A stretch of DNA of 64,000 nt, taken from assembly GCA_002633005.1 (NCBI GenBank), contig NMRA01000293.1, positions 295,132 through 359,131 of the forward strand, read 5' to 3'. Positions 42,101-57,100 of this stretch are shown here, in pieces. Below the pieces are notes generated by a model. It was not told the DNA's origin. It worked only from the letters and a program-made list of their open reading frames with translations, and searched no databases. Every line of letters begins with the position of its first letter. The first letter of the stretch is position 1. The stretch comes from Phoronis australis (lineage: Eukaryota > Animalia > Phoronida). Position numbers and translations under genes: made by a program.

Positions 42101-45100
42101 GCGTTATCCCATAGTCCGAAACTTTCTTTGGCGCATCCGGAAATTTGCAAAAGCACTCAAAAATATTAGCCAATGAAACACATCAAAGTTCGATTTTGCA
42201 TTATCCCATGTTCACGTGACATGCTTACAGGTCATCCAGAGGACTGTTCTCGGTTAGTGTTCTCTTGAACTTGATTTTGCAACAACTAAATAATGGTCGG
42301 ATTCACACGAGTTGCCTTACATAACCAGGGCTTGGAATGACCAATGACAAAAAACGCGGAAACTTTTACAGCCCAAATCATGCCCGATAACCAGCCTTTG
42401 AAATGGTCAATGTGAACCTTTCCGCGACAAAAATCGGGAGGACTAAAAAAGAAAAAAAAAAAAAACGTTACCACCATCAGTAGCATGCGTCTGCGTCCTT
42501 TTAGCTCTCCCGTCCACTCCCAACCCACACAATTTTGGCTGCAGAGCGGTAGTATTTGTCGCCGCACTTAACAATAACACGAGCCGCCATTGAAAATCAC
42601 ACCACGCTTTACCCAGATGCCCCGGCAATGTTGACAATTTACGTTCCTCCGAAACATAAAGAGCAACTTCCGCTTTACGAGGTGAACGTCGTCTGCAACG
42701 CCGTGGTAAGAAAGGAATTTGCCGCGGAAATTTCATATCAAATCCGATTTTTTTACGCGGAAATATTATAAAAAAAAGCAGAAAGCACATTTCAAAAAAG
42801 CGGAAATCCGCGTTTCCGCGGAAAATTCCAAGCCCTGCATAACCCAAGTATCTGCCGAAAAGTATAAAAACTCTCAGCTCAAATACGTTGGAAAGCCCAG
42901 GTAGCATTTTTCAACTTGATAAGAGCTGGCCAAAATTTCAGCTCGCATTTCCAAACTTCAGGTCACATTTGCCACCTGCAGCTTGTTATGTCGAGTGCTA
43001 TTACAACTATGACAAACACTTCAACTCACCGCTCTGGCTAGTTGTGTGTAGTCAAGTCCCTCCAGGTGTCGCTGGTTACGATTACTGCCAACTAACACAC
43101 CACCTTGCGGTTCCACCCAACACTCTGTAATGAGTTGTAGTTCACCGTCAGCCTCAGTCGACTCTTCATCCCCATCATCTTCAGACACGCTATTGAAAAT
43201 AAGTGAGCAAAAGAAATCACATCAACTTCAGTAGAAGGCAGTGATTGAGCTTAACTTTTGCCACGAGTTAGTTACGGGAATTTTACTATTTTTGTTGCAA
43301 AAACATATGTGAATGTCAAAATAAAATCCAACATAATGAACACATTTATTCTCCACAAATAAATATTACAAAATTTACTATAATAGCTTTTCAGCACATT
43401 ATCCAGTCTCATTTATATGCCACACTTGGAGGTATTTGACACTTCTAATGACCAATGAGATAAATCACCCGAGAAGACTTGCATGTAAAATGCACGTTAA
43501 TTGTGTATGCAGGGCAACTCTCCCTTCATAGCATTTTATACTTAGTTTGTTTTAATTTGAGTATCTTCAGATTTAACCGAGTATGATTACATCAGTTACT
43601 GTACAAGAGAGCATTAAATGCCACTTTATGCATTAGTGTTATGTTTATCAAAAGCACCATCAAGAGATACGACTCTGCAGGTAGAAGTCCACAATGGTGA
43701 TCAAGGACTGTGCGGATACAAAACGACCTTGCATTTACAATTAGGAAACACTTTCACCTGGAGGCAGCTCAGTTAAGCGAATGAACTAACCTTTCCTTCG
43801 TTGTGGACATCTGAGGTGGAAATAGAATATACTGTACAACAGACTGGTAGAGCTCATAGTTAGATGCAGATTTGGGACAGTCAGTGTCACTGGGGATCTG
43901 TAAAAAATATAGTGTGCAACAGGTTGGTAGTGCTTATAGTTAGACACAGACTTGGGACAGTCATTGTCACTGGGGAACTGTAACAGAATATAGTTTGCAA
44001 CAGGCTGGTAGTGCTTATAGTTAGGCACAGACTTGGGACAGTCATGAAAAATTGTCTGACGATGCAGAGGCAAATGTAAAAACTTCTAAGTTGGCACTTG
44101 GGCACACAGATAAATGTATCGAAAAGTTATGGTCGGCCATTGTCACATTCATAGGAAAACGCTTGCCACAATTTCACAAAGAATTTAGGATTAGGGACAT
44201 AAAGCTGCCGATGCAAAAACACAAAATTGCCAATATGGGACCACAGCTGTCCAGCCCATCCTAAAATCAATGTCAGCTATGGTTTTCTCAGAAGGAACAT
44301 GTCTGTCAATTTTTGAACGGCTAAGCAAATAGTGAGGTGGACTTGAGAATAACAAAAATGGTCACTTAGTGAATCTGGCACAAGGGTGCGACACAATAGT
44401 TGGACACGTTTGAAAACCAATGCCAATCATGGTCTTCTCATCAGGACCACATCTACCCATAACTTTTCATAATGATCCTTTGAACGGTTTGGCTGCAAAT
44501 GAAAAGATGTATCCAGCTTAGCAGCACATGAGTTCTACAAAACCTTCCCAAGTTTGTTTTCTGGGATGTGCACACAATTTTTGACACCCATAGATTAAAA
44601 ATATTGGATTCCATACTTATGAACCGTGTTGAATAAGCAGCTCACAGGTGTGCTCTGCAGAATCACAGGTGTCCTCTGCACGCTGGCTCTCTATCTTAGT
44701 GCCTCTCACTCCATCCGAATTTCATGCTTTTACTATTGACTTGCACCTGAATGCGTTGTGATGTTTTCTGATCTGCTTTTATTCCTGTCATTTTATTTTT
44801 GCCTCAAGATGGGACATCATCAGTCTCGAAATATAGCAGTTAATTTGTATATTGTTGTTATGTCTTTGTTCACTGGAGAATCGAAAAATATACCGAGAGT
44901 TCCAAGGAGTATACCTAAAAGCTGCCAACCGACAATGTGTATGCAACAAATATTATGAAGAATAGTATAAACGGACTTTAATTTAAGAATAAGAAAGGCA
45001 CCATTTACGCAACTGGTGCATTTCAAATGATAAGAACAAAACTTACTCCCATCTGCACCTCTAGAAACATGTTGGTGATTCCTAACGATGTGTCCGCATA

Positions 45101-48100
45101 GTGAAATCCTTCTTGTAGCCTCAGTCTGCAAGGAGATAATATCAAAATGTTGTTATTATTGACTGGTTGTTTGTCCATTGTCATTCAAGTCATTGTTACC
45201 ATTGGGCATAAATGAAGTGTGGATTAAAATTACATAAAAATACAGACTCAATTTGATTTTCGATTATTAGCCAGCTTAACAGAACAAAATGTAGCTTTAA
45301 GACACAACTAAAAATTCTAACAGTAACAAAACAGTATGGGAATTACATATTAGAATAAAACAAGTCACAGAATAACACAAGAATATACAGTAGTCACTCA
45401 CTTAGCTATGGTAGACAGTATCTTGCCAAGGGCCGGCAGACTACTGTGCCCCACACTTCCATTGTTGAATGACCAGACCCATCGCTGATGGTACAAGTAG
45501 CGCGACAGAGTGTTGAACACAGACGACAAAGGCTTGCTGGTGTCGGCAGCAGAGTGGAACAGCTCTTCTCTACTGGGCAGTTCCAGCTGGAGGAAGTTAC
45601 GAGGGAGACGCTCGTACCTGGCAACATCAATATGCTTTATAATTCACATGACTTTTTTACCTTTTCAGTTTTTATCGCAGAAAACAGAGATAATATATAT
45701 TCGAAAATGAAAAAGACAAAAACATAATCCGCAACCAATCATCCATCAGTTATTACACTGGGACACATGGTTATTTCAGTACTGTACTAAAACTTGTATT
45801 GAATATATTTGCATTTTACAATAATCGTATCCTTGATGAAAGAAAACTACAAATTGTATTAATGACTAACTTGTGTAGAGAACACCCACTTGTCATCTTT
45901 CGTGCCATACATGCTCTAAAGTGAGTATTCGCAGAAAGTTTTTTTTTCAAATATACTGTTGTAGTTTGATCATTGTAAAACAGACAAAAACACATTTGAT
46001 AAAGAATACAGTAAGGGCTGTTCCAGCAAAATCTGTATGGGAGGGGGGAAGGCACTTTTATTTCGTACCCACCGCCCATATTTTTCATTTATTTCTCCAA
46101 CCAATGACCCATAATTTTTTAATTATTTTAATAGGTTAAAATATAAAATCCAACACTTGCAAACAAATTGCCTCCAGGAGGACCTGTTAATAACTTAGAT
46201 GATTGACAGACAAGAACTAGTTGTCTTGCCCAATATTGTCAAAAACTAAAGTAGCCTGTGAGCAATACTTTTGGCAGCCATCAGGTGTCTCTTTTCACCA
46301 TGTGTCTATAATTTCAATGAACATTTTTTCAATTATAAGGATCTATGAATCTCAAACTGTCTCCACGAACTCTTTTATACTTCTATGTGAAGTGAATATT
46401 GGAACTTGTTTATCTTACTCCTCCTACTTTTTATTTAAAAATCATCAATTTTCTTGTATGTGTTAACACCAGTTTAGTGTTGCATTTTACCTTTATATGT
46501 TTAGAGTTCCTTTATGGATTTTCTTGAAATTTGGCAGTTTTCTATTATGGATGTGGCAACTCCTTTCCATTCTCGGACGGGTTCGATGTATTCTAGGTGA
46601 TCTAATGGCTGTGTTATGATACTAATGAACTACCCTAGAAGCAGTCATTTTAAATAATAAGCTGTTAGCTTCTAGGGTAGTTCATTAGTATCATAACACA
46701 GCCATTAGATCACCTAGAATACATCGAACCCGTCCGAGAATGGAAAGGAGTTGCCACATCCATAATAGAAAACTGCCAAATTTCAAGAACACCCATAAAG
46801 GAACTCTAAACATATAAAGGTAAAATGTAAAAAATCAAATTGCCACTAGGCACAACGCTAGTCGGACCTATCCCAAAGAAGTCATCATCCGTTGGCACTT
46901 TCATCGGAACCACTTCAAAATTTCACAAAGATCATGCAAAGGGTTAAGGAGATACAGCCAAGGGCACCAAAAAATTGCCACTAGGGGGTGTTTTCAGAAA
47001 ATGGAAAGGCATCGTTGTCTCCTTAACAAAAACTTATTTGCTAAAAATCATGAAAATCATACAACAAACCCAAGAGATATTTAAGGTAAACCTTAAAAAA
47101 TAAAATTGCCAGAAGAGAGAACAGAAGTGGTAGGAACGATCCGAAACTCGTCCTCATCCATTGCCAGCTTCATGGAAAGACAATAGCCAAATCTCATTAA
47201 GATTCTGCAAGGGGGTTTACGAGATACAGCAGCTGATGCTGGACAGAAATATATGCAAATACATAAACTCATATGTTTGTGTGAGTGCATATCAGTGGAG
47301 CTTGCTTCCTTATTGAGCTTTTTCGACGGAGAGCCATAAACTTTTTGAAACCACTATTATATCATGAGTACCAAGCATACTGAACGATCTACCTGAGTAA
47401 TATCTTCTCAACTGGCTTGGCTAGCAGTATACAGCACTTGATCTCTGACCAGTCTCTCTGCAAGGGGGCCCTCCAGGTTCCAGGCTCTGCCTCCACAATG
47501 GCAGTCCGTCGCCTGCCTTTATTCTGTGTCCCTCGCTGGGGAAAATTGAGGTCGGCAAGCAATCCCTTCAGCTGGTTTACTATCTGTTAAAGCATACAAA
47601 TCTGACATAAATTATTGATGTTTACAACCTTGATATACACTGTTACATAAATTTGCCCTAATTATCACACTGGGTATTCTGTCCAGTTGCCACAGTCAAC
47701 CAATTGATTACGTGACCTGGTACAGCATGCCTAAACACTGTTTTTTACCTACTAAAAGTTTACTATGTTGGGTTCTGATATCAAAAAAAGAATTGCCTGC
47801 TGTTCAAAGCCTGAATTGCATCAGGCGTACGCAGGCCACATAGGTCGGACCCACTACACAAAACACTTGATTTGAAGCTCATGAGAACCCTCTTGCGTGT
47901 ATAGTCATTAGGTTATTTTTGAGAAAGGAAGCAAAGGCCATAGCTATGTAGGCCCATTCATCTACTATAGACGGTTGGCATTTGAACCAAGCTACTGAGC
48001 ATGTGCAAAGACTGCGTCCATAGCCACAAATGATGCCGTTTTTCAAGTCGTCAAACTTAACCTTCTACCCGGAACGATCAGTGATTCCTCACAGCAAGTC

Positions 48101-51100
48101 TCAATTGTCATCTCCTATTCACTTCTGTAGCAATACAATAAGGTCCAGTAATATCGTAGACCAAACGTCCACTGCAGAAGTTGCATCCACACATCATGTA
48201 TAGAATCTGACAAACGTCCAGTCAAGCGGCTGTTGCTTCCCCCTCACTTTGAGGTGACAAAAATCCACAGCCAGTATGGCACATTCCTCTGTTCTTGATG
48301 CCAGGGATTTGCTCCAAGTAATTCGTACGGCTAATGTCCGCAGCCACAATTGCTTTCTCTTGTCCTGTCATCTCATTTTGATATTTACCCCACAAAGTAG
48401 AATAATTCTCCAGAACAAGTGTTCGCAGCATAAGTTGTTTTATCACACCGGGCCTAATGGGGGGCTACTCAAGAGATAAAAAGTCAACTGTTTGAGTTCT
48501 GACATCCACGTCTGAGTTTGAGCTCCACAGCTAATCTAATCTCGTATTTGCCACATTGAACACTGTACAGATTTTGTTGTGAGAGAAGCTGCGTACCTAT
48601 GGACAACGTCAGTCAGTGGTCACAGCTAAAACTAGAGCATTAAGCAAAGCTAGGTACAGCTACTGCTGCTAACCACACCAGACACCACACAACAGCCTGT
48701 GGTCAAACCACCAACACATGCATTCTGATGTTAAGGTCTGAATCAATAAAGTGATGTTTCGGCATTTATATAAAGGAGCAGGAAACCTAAAGCAGGCAGC
48801 CATTAAAGCATCAAAGAAGACATTGATAATCGTTTGAAATACCTGCACATTTCACTTTGCTGACCACAATAACAATACCTTGTTTCTCTCATGCTCAGGA
48901 GTGCCGCCCAGAAAAGCGACGCGAAGTACAACACAGGGTGGTTTGGAAGCTACTCTCATCAGGTAGAATGAAGTGGGGGGCTTGTCAGGCTCACTGAAAA
49001 CATCAACAAGGTGAATCATAAGACAATGAAGCAGAAATCTAATCCCTGCGAGTCAGTAATGAATACATCAACTGAGTATTACATTATTCTCTATTTTGCA
49101 ACCACTTTAACTGAAACTTTCACAACATAAATTGACTTCTGAGGTCATAAAATCTAACTAAAGAACTAATAGACATTTTCTAATATAGCAGTGATATGAT
49201 GAAATGTTCGCCTCATTTCCAGATGGTAATGGGGTAGTTGGTGAAGAGCGTTCTGCATTAATTTTTTGTACAAATTTCATGCCGCAGTGATATCTTCAAT
49301 TGCCACTGTTGTGCAGTACAATATTCACAAACTATTCACACAAAAGTGTGGGTGAATTAAAGAAATTTTGTTTTGTCCCAGTCAACTGGACTCGTAACAC
49401 CAGAATTCGAAATTGGGTGAACAAAAAATGTGTTTGTGCTCCCACAAAGCTAGAGTTGTGAGTAGAATGTTTCCTATTATAACATGCAAATCATCAGTTC
49501 TGAGTTTATTGCAAACTTTTCTCTATTCTGTAGTTATACATCACTAATCAATCAAAAACTGGAGTGTGTTCAATCTACACATCATACAGAGGTATTTACT
49601 AGGTCCAAATCACAACACTTCATATCGGTGTCACCAACACAGGTTATAAACAGGTTGAAGTGATTTGGTAAAAAGACTGTCGATAAAGTTGGTTTATGTT
49701 CGCCTTAAGTGTTAATTCTGTACATAGGTGTCTCAGAAATAGCAAATCACAGCTCAGGTATACACGTTTAGACATAAGATAGTCCAAAAGTTGCGACATA
49801 AAACCTCACAGTTCAGCAAAAGCAAAACTCTACCTGAAGAATAGCTTGATGTAGGACTGGTTCTCAAGCAGGACAAATGTGCTGAAGTTCTTGAGCAAAA
49901 CATTGAGTGAGGTAAGGGCCTGCCTACACTGAATGACACTGAACCTGCCACTGGCACTGGGGATGTGTAGATATTTGGGAGGGGGGCGGTCATGCTCCAG
50001 TACCAGTCCAATACGGTGGCTGTGCATCCATTTCTGCCTAAAATACCCAACACAAGTCATCAAGTCAGTCAGCGATATCTGGATTGCAAACTGCAATTAG
50101 GCCGATTATGGAGCCTTTATGGCAATGAGTCTCGAATTTCAAATGTACATCATTACTATCAGGGGCCTCAATCATCTGAGGGGAAAGGTGCCTGTGACTA
50201 CTTCCCCATCACCATCAACAGCACCCCATACCCCAGTTGGAAGCCGACAGGCTATGCCTCAAGTAGCCAAAACTAACATTCTGTGCTCTTTCAAATTGTC
50301 ACCTGTCTGAGTTACATGTGATTCGAACCTTGAGGGTAATTTTTGGGCCTCATGAGGGGAATTTCGCGTGATTTCTTCAATTATATATTTCAGAAGGCAA
50401 TGGGGCTGATATTCGATCCCAAAATCAAGGAATTGAGGGCCCTGACTATACTTTTTGTCACTTCATTATCAAATGTTTTACTAGGTGCTATATAATGTTA
50501 CCGTAGCTTTCCAGTACTAAAAGTATTTAACACCAGAAGTATTTTAATACTTATACAAATGCTAAGTAGTGTTAAAAACTTTGACTTCACTTGGACGTGT
50601 TCCATAGATGCTAAGTGTGATAACATGCATTGCTTGTAAGGCATGGCGATATCTCATGAAGACTCATGCTATCTTATTTTCTTGCAAGAAACTTGCTACA
50701 CAGAACGCAGCCCTTATTCGGCTTTACCGCCTAAATTGAAAGTGACTCCCTTTTCCAGAACGCACAAGTCAACACTGCTCAGTGGATATTAGTTAACTCT
50801 GTGACATCACATCAAAAGGTGGAGCTGTGAGTGAAACATGGACATTAATCTCCAATCCCTTTAGCAAATGTATCAATGTTTTGTAAATTTACAATTACAC
50901 TGCACTTTGTGCAAGTGAATGACTGACAAGTACCCACCAGACATTTGGATCCAAGTTAACAATCCTTCTCCAGAATGTGGCAAACTGTGCTAAAACGGAA
51001 TCCCTATAAAATGTAAAAGAAGTCAGTGAATTTTACATAAAATAAAATAAAATACAAAATAAAAGCACATTCATGACTGAACCTCTGATAAACAGCAATT

Positions 51101-54100
51101 TACAGCAACTTTCAAGTAAGATGTAATCTTGATGTGAAATTGAAATTTGTATCACACTCAATTGAAACAAAGAAATTACCAACGTATTGAATGAAAACAG
51201 TCAAACTTGGAAAGGCAGACGACAAGTCCTATGATTTTCTGATTTACTACTTATCAACTACAAATACGCTGGATATTCTTTAAGGCCACAAAGATTAAGT
51301 CCAGTGATGGTGATGGCTATTTCAAAGCCGATTCGATAGGAGACAAAATTCCTACCTACGCTATGACAAACAATAGTTTACCTGGACGACTGCTGTAGAG
51401 ACAGAACTGGGCTGGTTGAGTTTGGAGGGATGTAGAACAGAGGTACCCCACTGCGCACAGACTCTGGGATAGTGTAGTAGACTGGGTTGGAGGAGAAAGA
51501 CTCAAGATGTTGAAGGAACCGGTCCGTCTGTGACAGTCTGAAAAAATGACAAATAGCGCCATGTTATTGGTTCACCTGCCTGGTATTGCAAAATCAGACC
51601 TGTCCAACAACACGAAGACTAGCACCCTAATGGTTCATTGGCCATGTCATCGTTTTGGACAATGAAAGCATGCAGCAGTTCAGCGATCATTTACATAAGT
51701 GTTCATTCTACAATGTCTCAGCTACTGAGGGAATTCTTTAACCACTCTTCAACAAGTCATGTGAACAGACTTCACAAGACCATGAATGGAACAAACACAA
51801 ACTACATTACAAAACTATTTATTATATTTTTGGTCCAACAACTACTTTGGATCAAAAGTAAACAATGCTTTCACCAAAATTTGTAAACTACAAGGTCAAC
51901 AGACATACGTAAACGAATAAAGAATAAAAAATAATCAAATTAGCTATATAAAATGCATGATTCTGCATCCAGAGAAACAGCAAAAAATTTTTGGTGGCTT
52001 TCTGCTTCACACCTTTCCCACCGATGTAATTTCTGTTTTATAATTTATTGGATATTTATTAACACCCAATCCCTACAAAGTGACATCCAAATAAACTTAC
52101 TTGTTCAGAGTTAAAATAGAGTCTTTGAATTAAAATTCACATAAATTTCCATGCAGTTATTTCAGTGTCTACATTTCAAAATCCTACATAGCAGAGCATT
52201 TAGTGAATTTACAAATCCAGTATTTCCAAAACCCAACAATAGCTGATCCCTCAAACTCACCCCTGCAGAGCCATCCAGAACCGCTTGACCATAGCGCCTC
52301 TGTAGGGACTCTTGAACGGTTGTTTCCTAGGGCAGGTCACATCGTGCAGAAACTCATAGCCACCTTCACTATACACCTCAATATGAGTCTGGAGACTGGA
52401 AACAGAATGACGATGTTAATATCCTTCACTACATAGCTACAAACGTGTAGATGCTGAAAGCCAACATATTTAGGATTAATTACAAAATAAAACAACCCAT
52501 TCATTACTGTTTTTTCTGGCTCCAATGATTCATTCCTATGGCATTTCTAGAGAAATTCCACATGAAAGCACAAATGTCAAAATCTGACGAACAATAAAAT
52601 CTTGCCAAGTTTGGTCTCAATATGGCGAATAAGTAAAATTTCTTCTTTTGATTTTTTCATAAAAGACAAGTAATACCAAATAAATATTTGACCATATTAG
52701 ACATCATCGTTGCTGCTACACTTATTTCACTTCATGGATGTAACCCAACTTGTATGTCGACACTTGATGTCTTATTGTTTATAACCTGATGATGTCTAAT
52801 GAACAGACAAATTGTCAAATCATAAGTATGAACTTTTTCATTGTGCGGCGATTGTCTGTTTTCTGATTTCTATTTCCCCCGTCACTTACACACTAGAGCT
52901 AAGAGGCCAAGAGGATACGGCAACATACTCAATGTTGATGCCATGTCGCCATGGCAACACCAGCTTCACCTCAATCTGATTTCCACCTGAAAATAAAGAA
53001 GCAGACAATATGGCTGACAACTGAATTTATATTCTTATTCAAAAAATTTCCATAAAAGTATACAGTTAAGTAAAATTTAGTCTATGATTCGATAGTTTGT
53101 ACTGTGTAAATGTAATAAAACAACTTTTGGTTAAAGTTTCCAATATTTCCAGAAAAGTAATTAGCATTTGAAAGACAAAAAAATGACAATTTAAGCAATT
53201 ATTTTGGGGTGAAAAAGTGTAGTATTAGCGTAGAGTCAGTATCACTGTTTACCTTTAGTTATGGACACATGTTTAATAGTGTATCCCTCACGTAACCTGA
53301 CAGACATGACACTAGCAATGCTGGCATGAATATTCTCCTCCAGGTGTTTCTTCCTCAACACTGGTGATGCCCAGATTTGTTTGTCAGGCAGTAAAGTGGA
53401 AATTTGTCTGTGATATAGAAAAAATATGTTACTATCTAGCCACACGCACAAGATGTGACATCATAATTAGAAGACATGATTGTGTGCACAAGAGGATTAA
53501 ACAGGACCTAATCCGACTTAAGAATAGTAGATTTCAATAGCTCTACGTCAAACAATGTAATGGAAAAAAAGAATATTTAACAAAGGAACTCTATTAGTCA
53601 GCCCTACTGTGAATAATTAAAGTGAGCTATCAACAGACAATATTTGATTCTAAAAAAACTTCCATTGCACAAAACACGATTTTGGGAAATAAATTAAATA
53701 AAAAATTCTTCTAAGTCAATGAATGGAAACCCATTTTATCAAAAGTTGCATATCTCATGTAGAATTCTAAATTTCAATAGACAAGTACCTCATGGAGTAG
53801 ATTATTTGTTTTGGCAACCTACTTTGAAATCCATGAGAACTCCTCATCCAGCATACTGAACACAAACTGGAAATTGTCGCAGTGGAACTCGTCTAATCCT
53901 TTTTGAAAGTTCCACAGCAGGAGTGCTTTATGATACATGTTCAGGGCCCGACTGTCATCAGACTGCAAATGAGAGAAGAACAAAAACTTCAAGTATAAAT
54001 ACAGCGAACAAAGTCGAAAACAAATTCAAACGAAGCTTAGTTTTCTTGAGAGACCATGGAGCAGAACACCTTTGTTTATTTTTTCTACGAAATCAGCCTG

Positions 54101-57100
54101 TTGGATGTCACTACCTACATTAATGATGCCAAGCACCCACGTTGGTGAAATTTGTTTTGAAAAATTTTACTTTTCCATGAGATCACTTAATGCTGTGAAA
54201 ATAGTCTTAATTTATTCCCTAGAATTTTTTGCATTCCTATGACCAAACTGAATGAGTTTGTCAAGTCTTAACATCTGTGATCCAAAAGAAATATGGTAGT
54301 CAGGAAGATGGGGAATAGGTTGGTTTCCTGTCTGAACGCTAGATGGAGTTATGTACTGCTACATGATCCTGGGTGTTAGCAAACTTTACTGAGTTAAATG
54401 TGAAGTGGATGGACAAAAGGTTTACACACCACACTCAATCCATGAACACAATTCCCAATACTCTTACAAGTATTAGGACACAATTTTTATTTTCCGTTCA
54501 TTCAGTTTTTCTCAGCAGCAAGCAGACGTGAAGTAACGTTTTTGCTGATATTTTTACCAAGTGTTCGTCATAACACGACTCGTAAAATGATGCTTTTTAT
54601 CTGACCTATTGCATTTTCCATGATTTTTACTACCCTTTTTCACTTTCTATTAAATTTACAAAAAAATTGCTTTTTGCCTTTTTCCAGGTATTCCACGATC
54701 TCCTTGGAGAGTGGGGACCATGTCCAAAATTTCTTTTAACCTCAGACTTACAATCATAGGTGTACTGGGTAGGTAAGCACCAAATGTGGCTGTAGCAAAA
54801 AACTGCATGAGTTCAATGTTGGGCACGTGACCATACGTCGTGTTAGGGTGGTAACCAGAGCCGACACGCACAAATGAGACAGCCGTCGAGGAAACCCGTA
54901 GCTGCGTGAGGATGGAGTCAAACATACCGGAGTCTGGTATGCCAAGGATACCATCGGAAATTATGACAATTCCTGCAAAAAAGTGAAGGAAATTACATAA
55001 GATAACTCAACAACAAAACACAGTGTACAGCAAATATTACGTTTTTGTTAAAATAGACAAGTATTAATATGTACCCACTTTGCACCCACCAAATGCATCA
55101 GAAACAGACAGTACAGACATAAAGGGTGCTAATTTTTTAAAACACTTCCTACAGTAGTTGGATCCATCAACAGGCTATCCTAACTAGGACCACCTAGGAT
55201 GAATTTCATGAAGATCGGGCAATAGTCACTTAAAGAGATCCTGCAATTTGCGAACAAGTTTTATTTCCTAAAAAACCGGCACCAAACTGGTCCTCAAAAT
55301 CCGAAACCCTAGTAAGTGATAAATGCCTGAACACAATTTGAGAATTAGTTTCTCCACTGAATAACAATCAACAAACTGGTTGTCAAATTCCAGACCCCAT
55401 ATAAGTGACTATTTCCAAAGATCCATCAAAGAGCTTGGAATGAACTAAGACAGAAACAATGACAATTTGTTACTAAAGTGCACCACAATAGTCGGATCCG
55501 TTCAAAAATTGGTTTCAACCATTCTTTCTTCAATAGAAACGCATATGCCAAACTTCATGAAAAGCCACCACAGAACTTGGTATATAAGGCAGATACAAAG
55601 GGGGTCCTACAGTATAATAATCCAAAAATCATTGTCAGCCTTGCTCACCTCCATAAGAAAACATCTCAAACTTTCAGGATGATTTTCAGGCGCTTTGAGG
55701 ATAGAGAAACAGATACCAAAAACAGACACAAAAATAATAAAAAATGGTCACCAGAGGGTGCAAAAAGACTGGGGCCCATCTGAAGCTGAAAAGGTGCCAT
55801 CAGTTCCCTCATAGATGCTTATATCTCAAAGTTCAATAAGATACATGAAGGAACTTGGTAGAAATTGAGGCTACAGGAAAGAAAGTCTAAATTGCCACAA
55901 GGGGACGCCACAGTAGCCAAACTCGTCATTAAATCAGCTACACTCTTAACATGAATATTTATAAAAATTTCATAGAGTTTCATCAAGGAACTTGGTAGAT
56001 ATTGAGGAACTGGTAAAAAAATGCCACTAGGTCGTGCTAATGTAGCTCAATCCATTCAAAAATCACCTAAAACTGTGCTCTTCTGAAAATCAATATGTAC
56101 AAAATTTCATAAAAATACACAAAGGAACTTGGTAGATATTGAGGCAGAAGCAAAAAAAAACAAAACTGCCACTAGGGGGCGCAACAACAGTTCACTGTCT
56201 GAAAATAAACATAAGCTGTGCTCTTTCCAATAGGAACACATAATTATCCTTTGAGTGAATTTAGTGATAAAGAGACGTACACCAAAAACCAGACTTAAAA
56301 ATAATGAAAATGTTCACTAGATCTTTATAATATGTAGAATCCATTCAAAAACGGGAAAGCATAGTTGTCTACATAATACATAGCTACGAGCGAAATTTTA
56401 TGAAAATCCATCAAGCAACTCTAAAGAAACAGAGGCACAAACAAAAAATAAAATTGCCACTAGGGGACACAACGGTAGCCAGATCCAACAAAAAAATCGC
56501 TTGCACTGTTCCAACCATGATAAGGGCTTGTTTGTAGTGATGCATGCTCCCGTTTGTAATTATGTATGCTTGTGTTAGTAGTTATAACAACAGCAGGGCA
56601 ATTTTTACAACAGCAGGGTACGCTGAAAGGCAAGGCGCCTGTCAAAATAAACTCGAAAATAAAAATGCATCTATATGTGAACTGTAACCAAAGACCCAAC
56701 AGGGCAATGTCTCAATTCACCTGCAGTACTGTTTTCTGGTAGAACACTCAAGGCCAACATGGAGTTCTTCAACATGTTCATGAACACGAGGTCAGGTGGC
56801 GTCATGGCAGGTGTGGCCGGAAGGTCCTCCTCGGGCTCCATGATGTCATCAAATGTCACACCGCCCTGGTGTAGACCGGGGTCAAGCGAGTCGGTTGCCA
56901 TGGCCACCGTGTTTTCAAATTTGGTCAGCTGGGCGCGCACATGTGATAAAAAGTGGGGCGCGGAGACCTCTGTGACTAGACAGCCCTGTGATAGCACCTA
57001 GTTAGACAGCAGATACATATTAATGGAACATGTTACAAAATCAAACATAATTGATTTATTATGAAATGTACTTTATCAGCTTTCACGAAGCAGCAAAGTT

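Noticed and set aside
15711-43029. Nested protein-coding gene in the giant intron
   Set aside because: No ORF or exon chain with recognisable homology was found by eye on either strand; very small exons cannot be excluded.
42286-43130. Cluster of ORFs up to 154 aa
   Set aside because: They lie in the MITE or antisense to exon 20; no transposase motifs.
52396-52456. Upstream acceptor ctttcag at 52454 for exon 11
   Set aside because: Gives an in-frame TAG in the required phase; 52395 restores the conserved frame.
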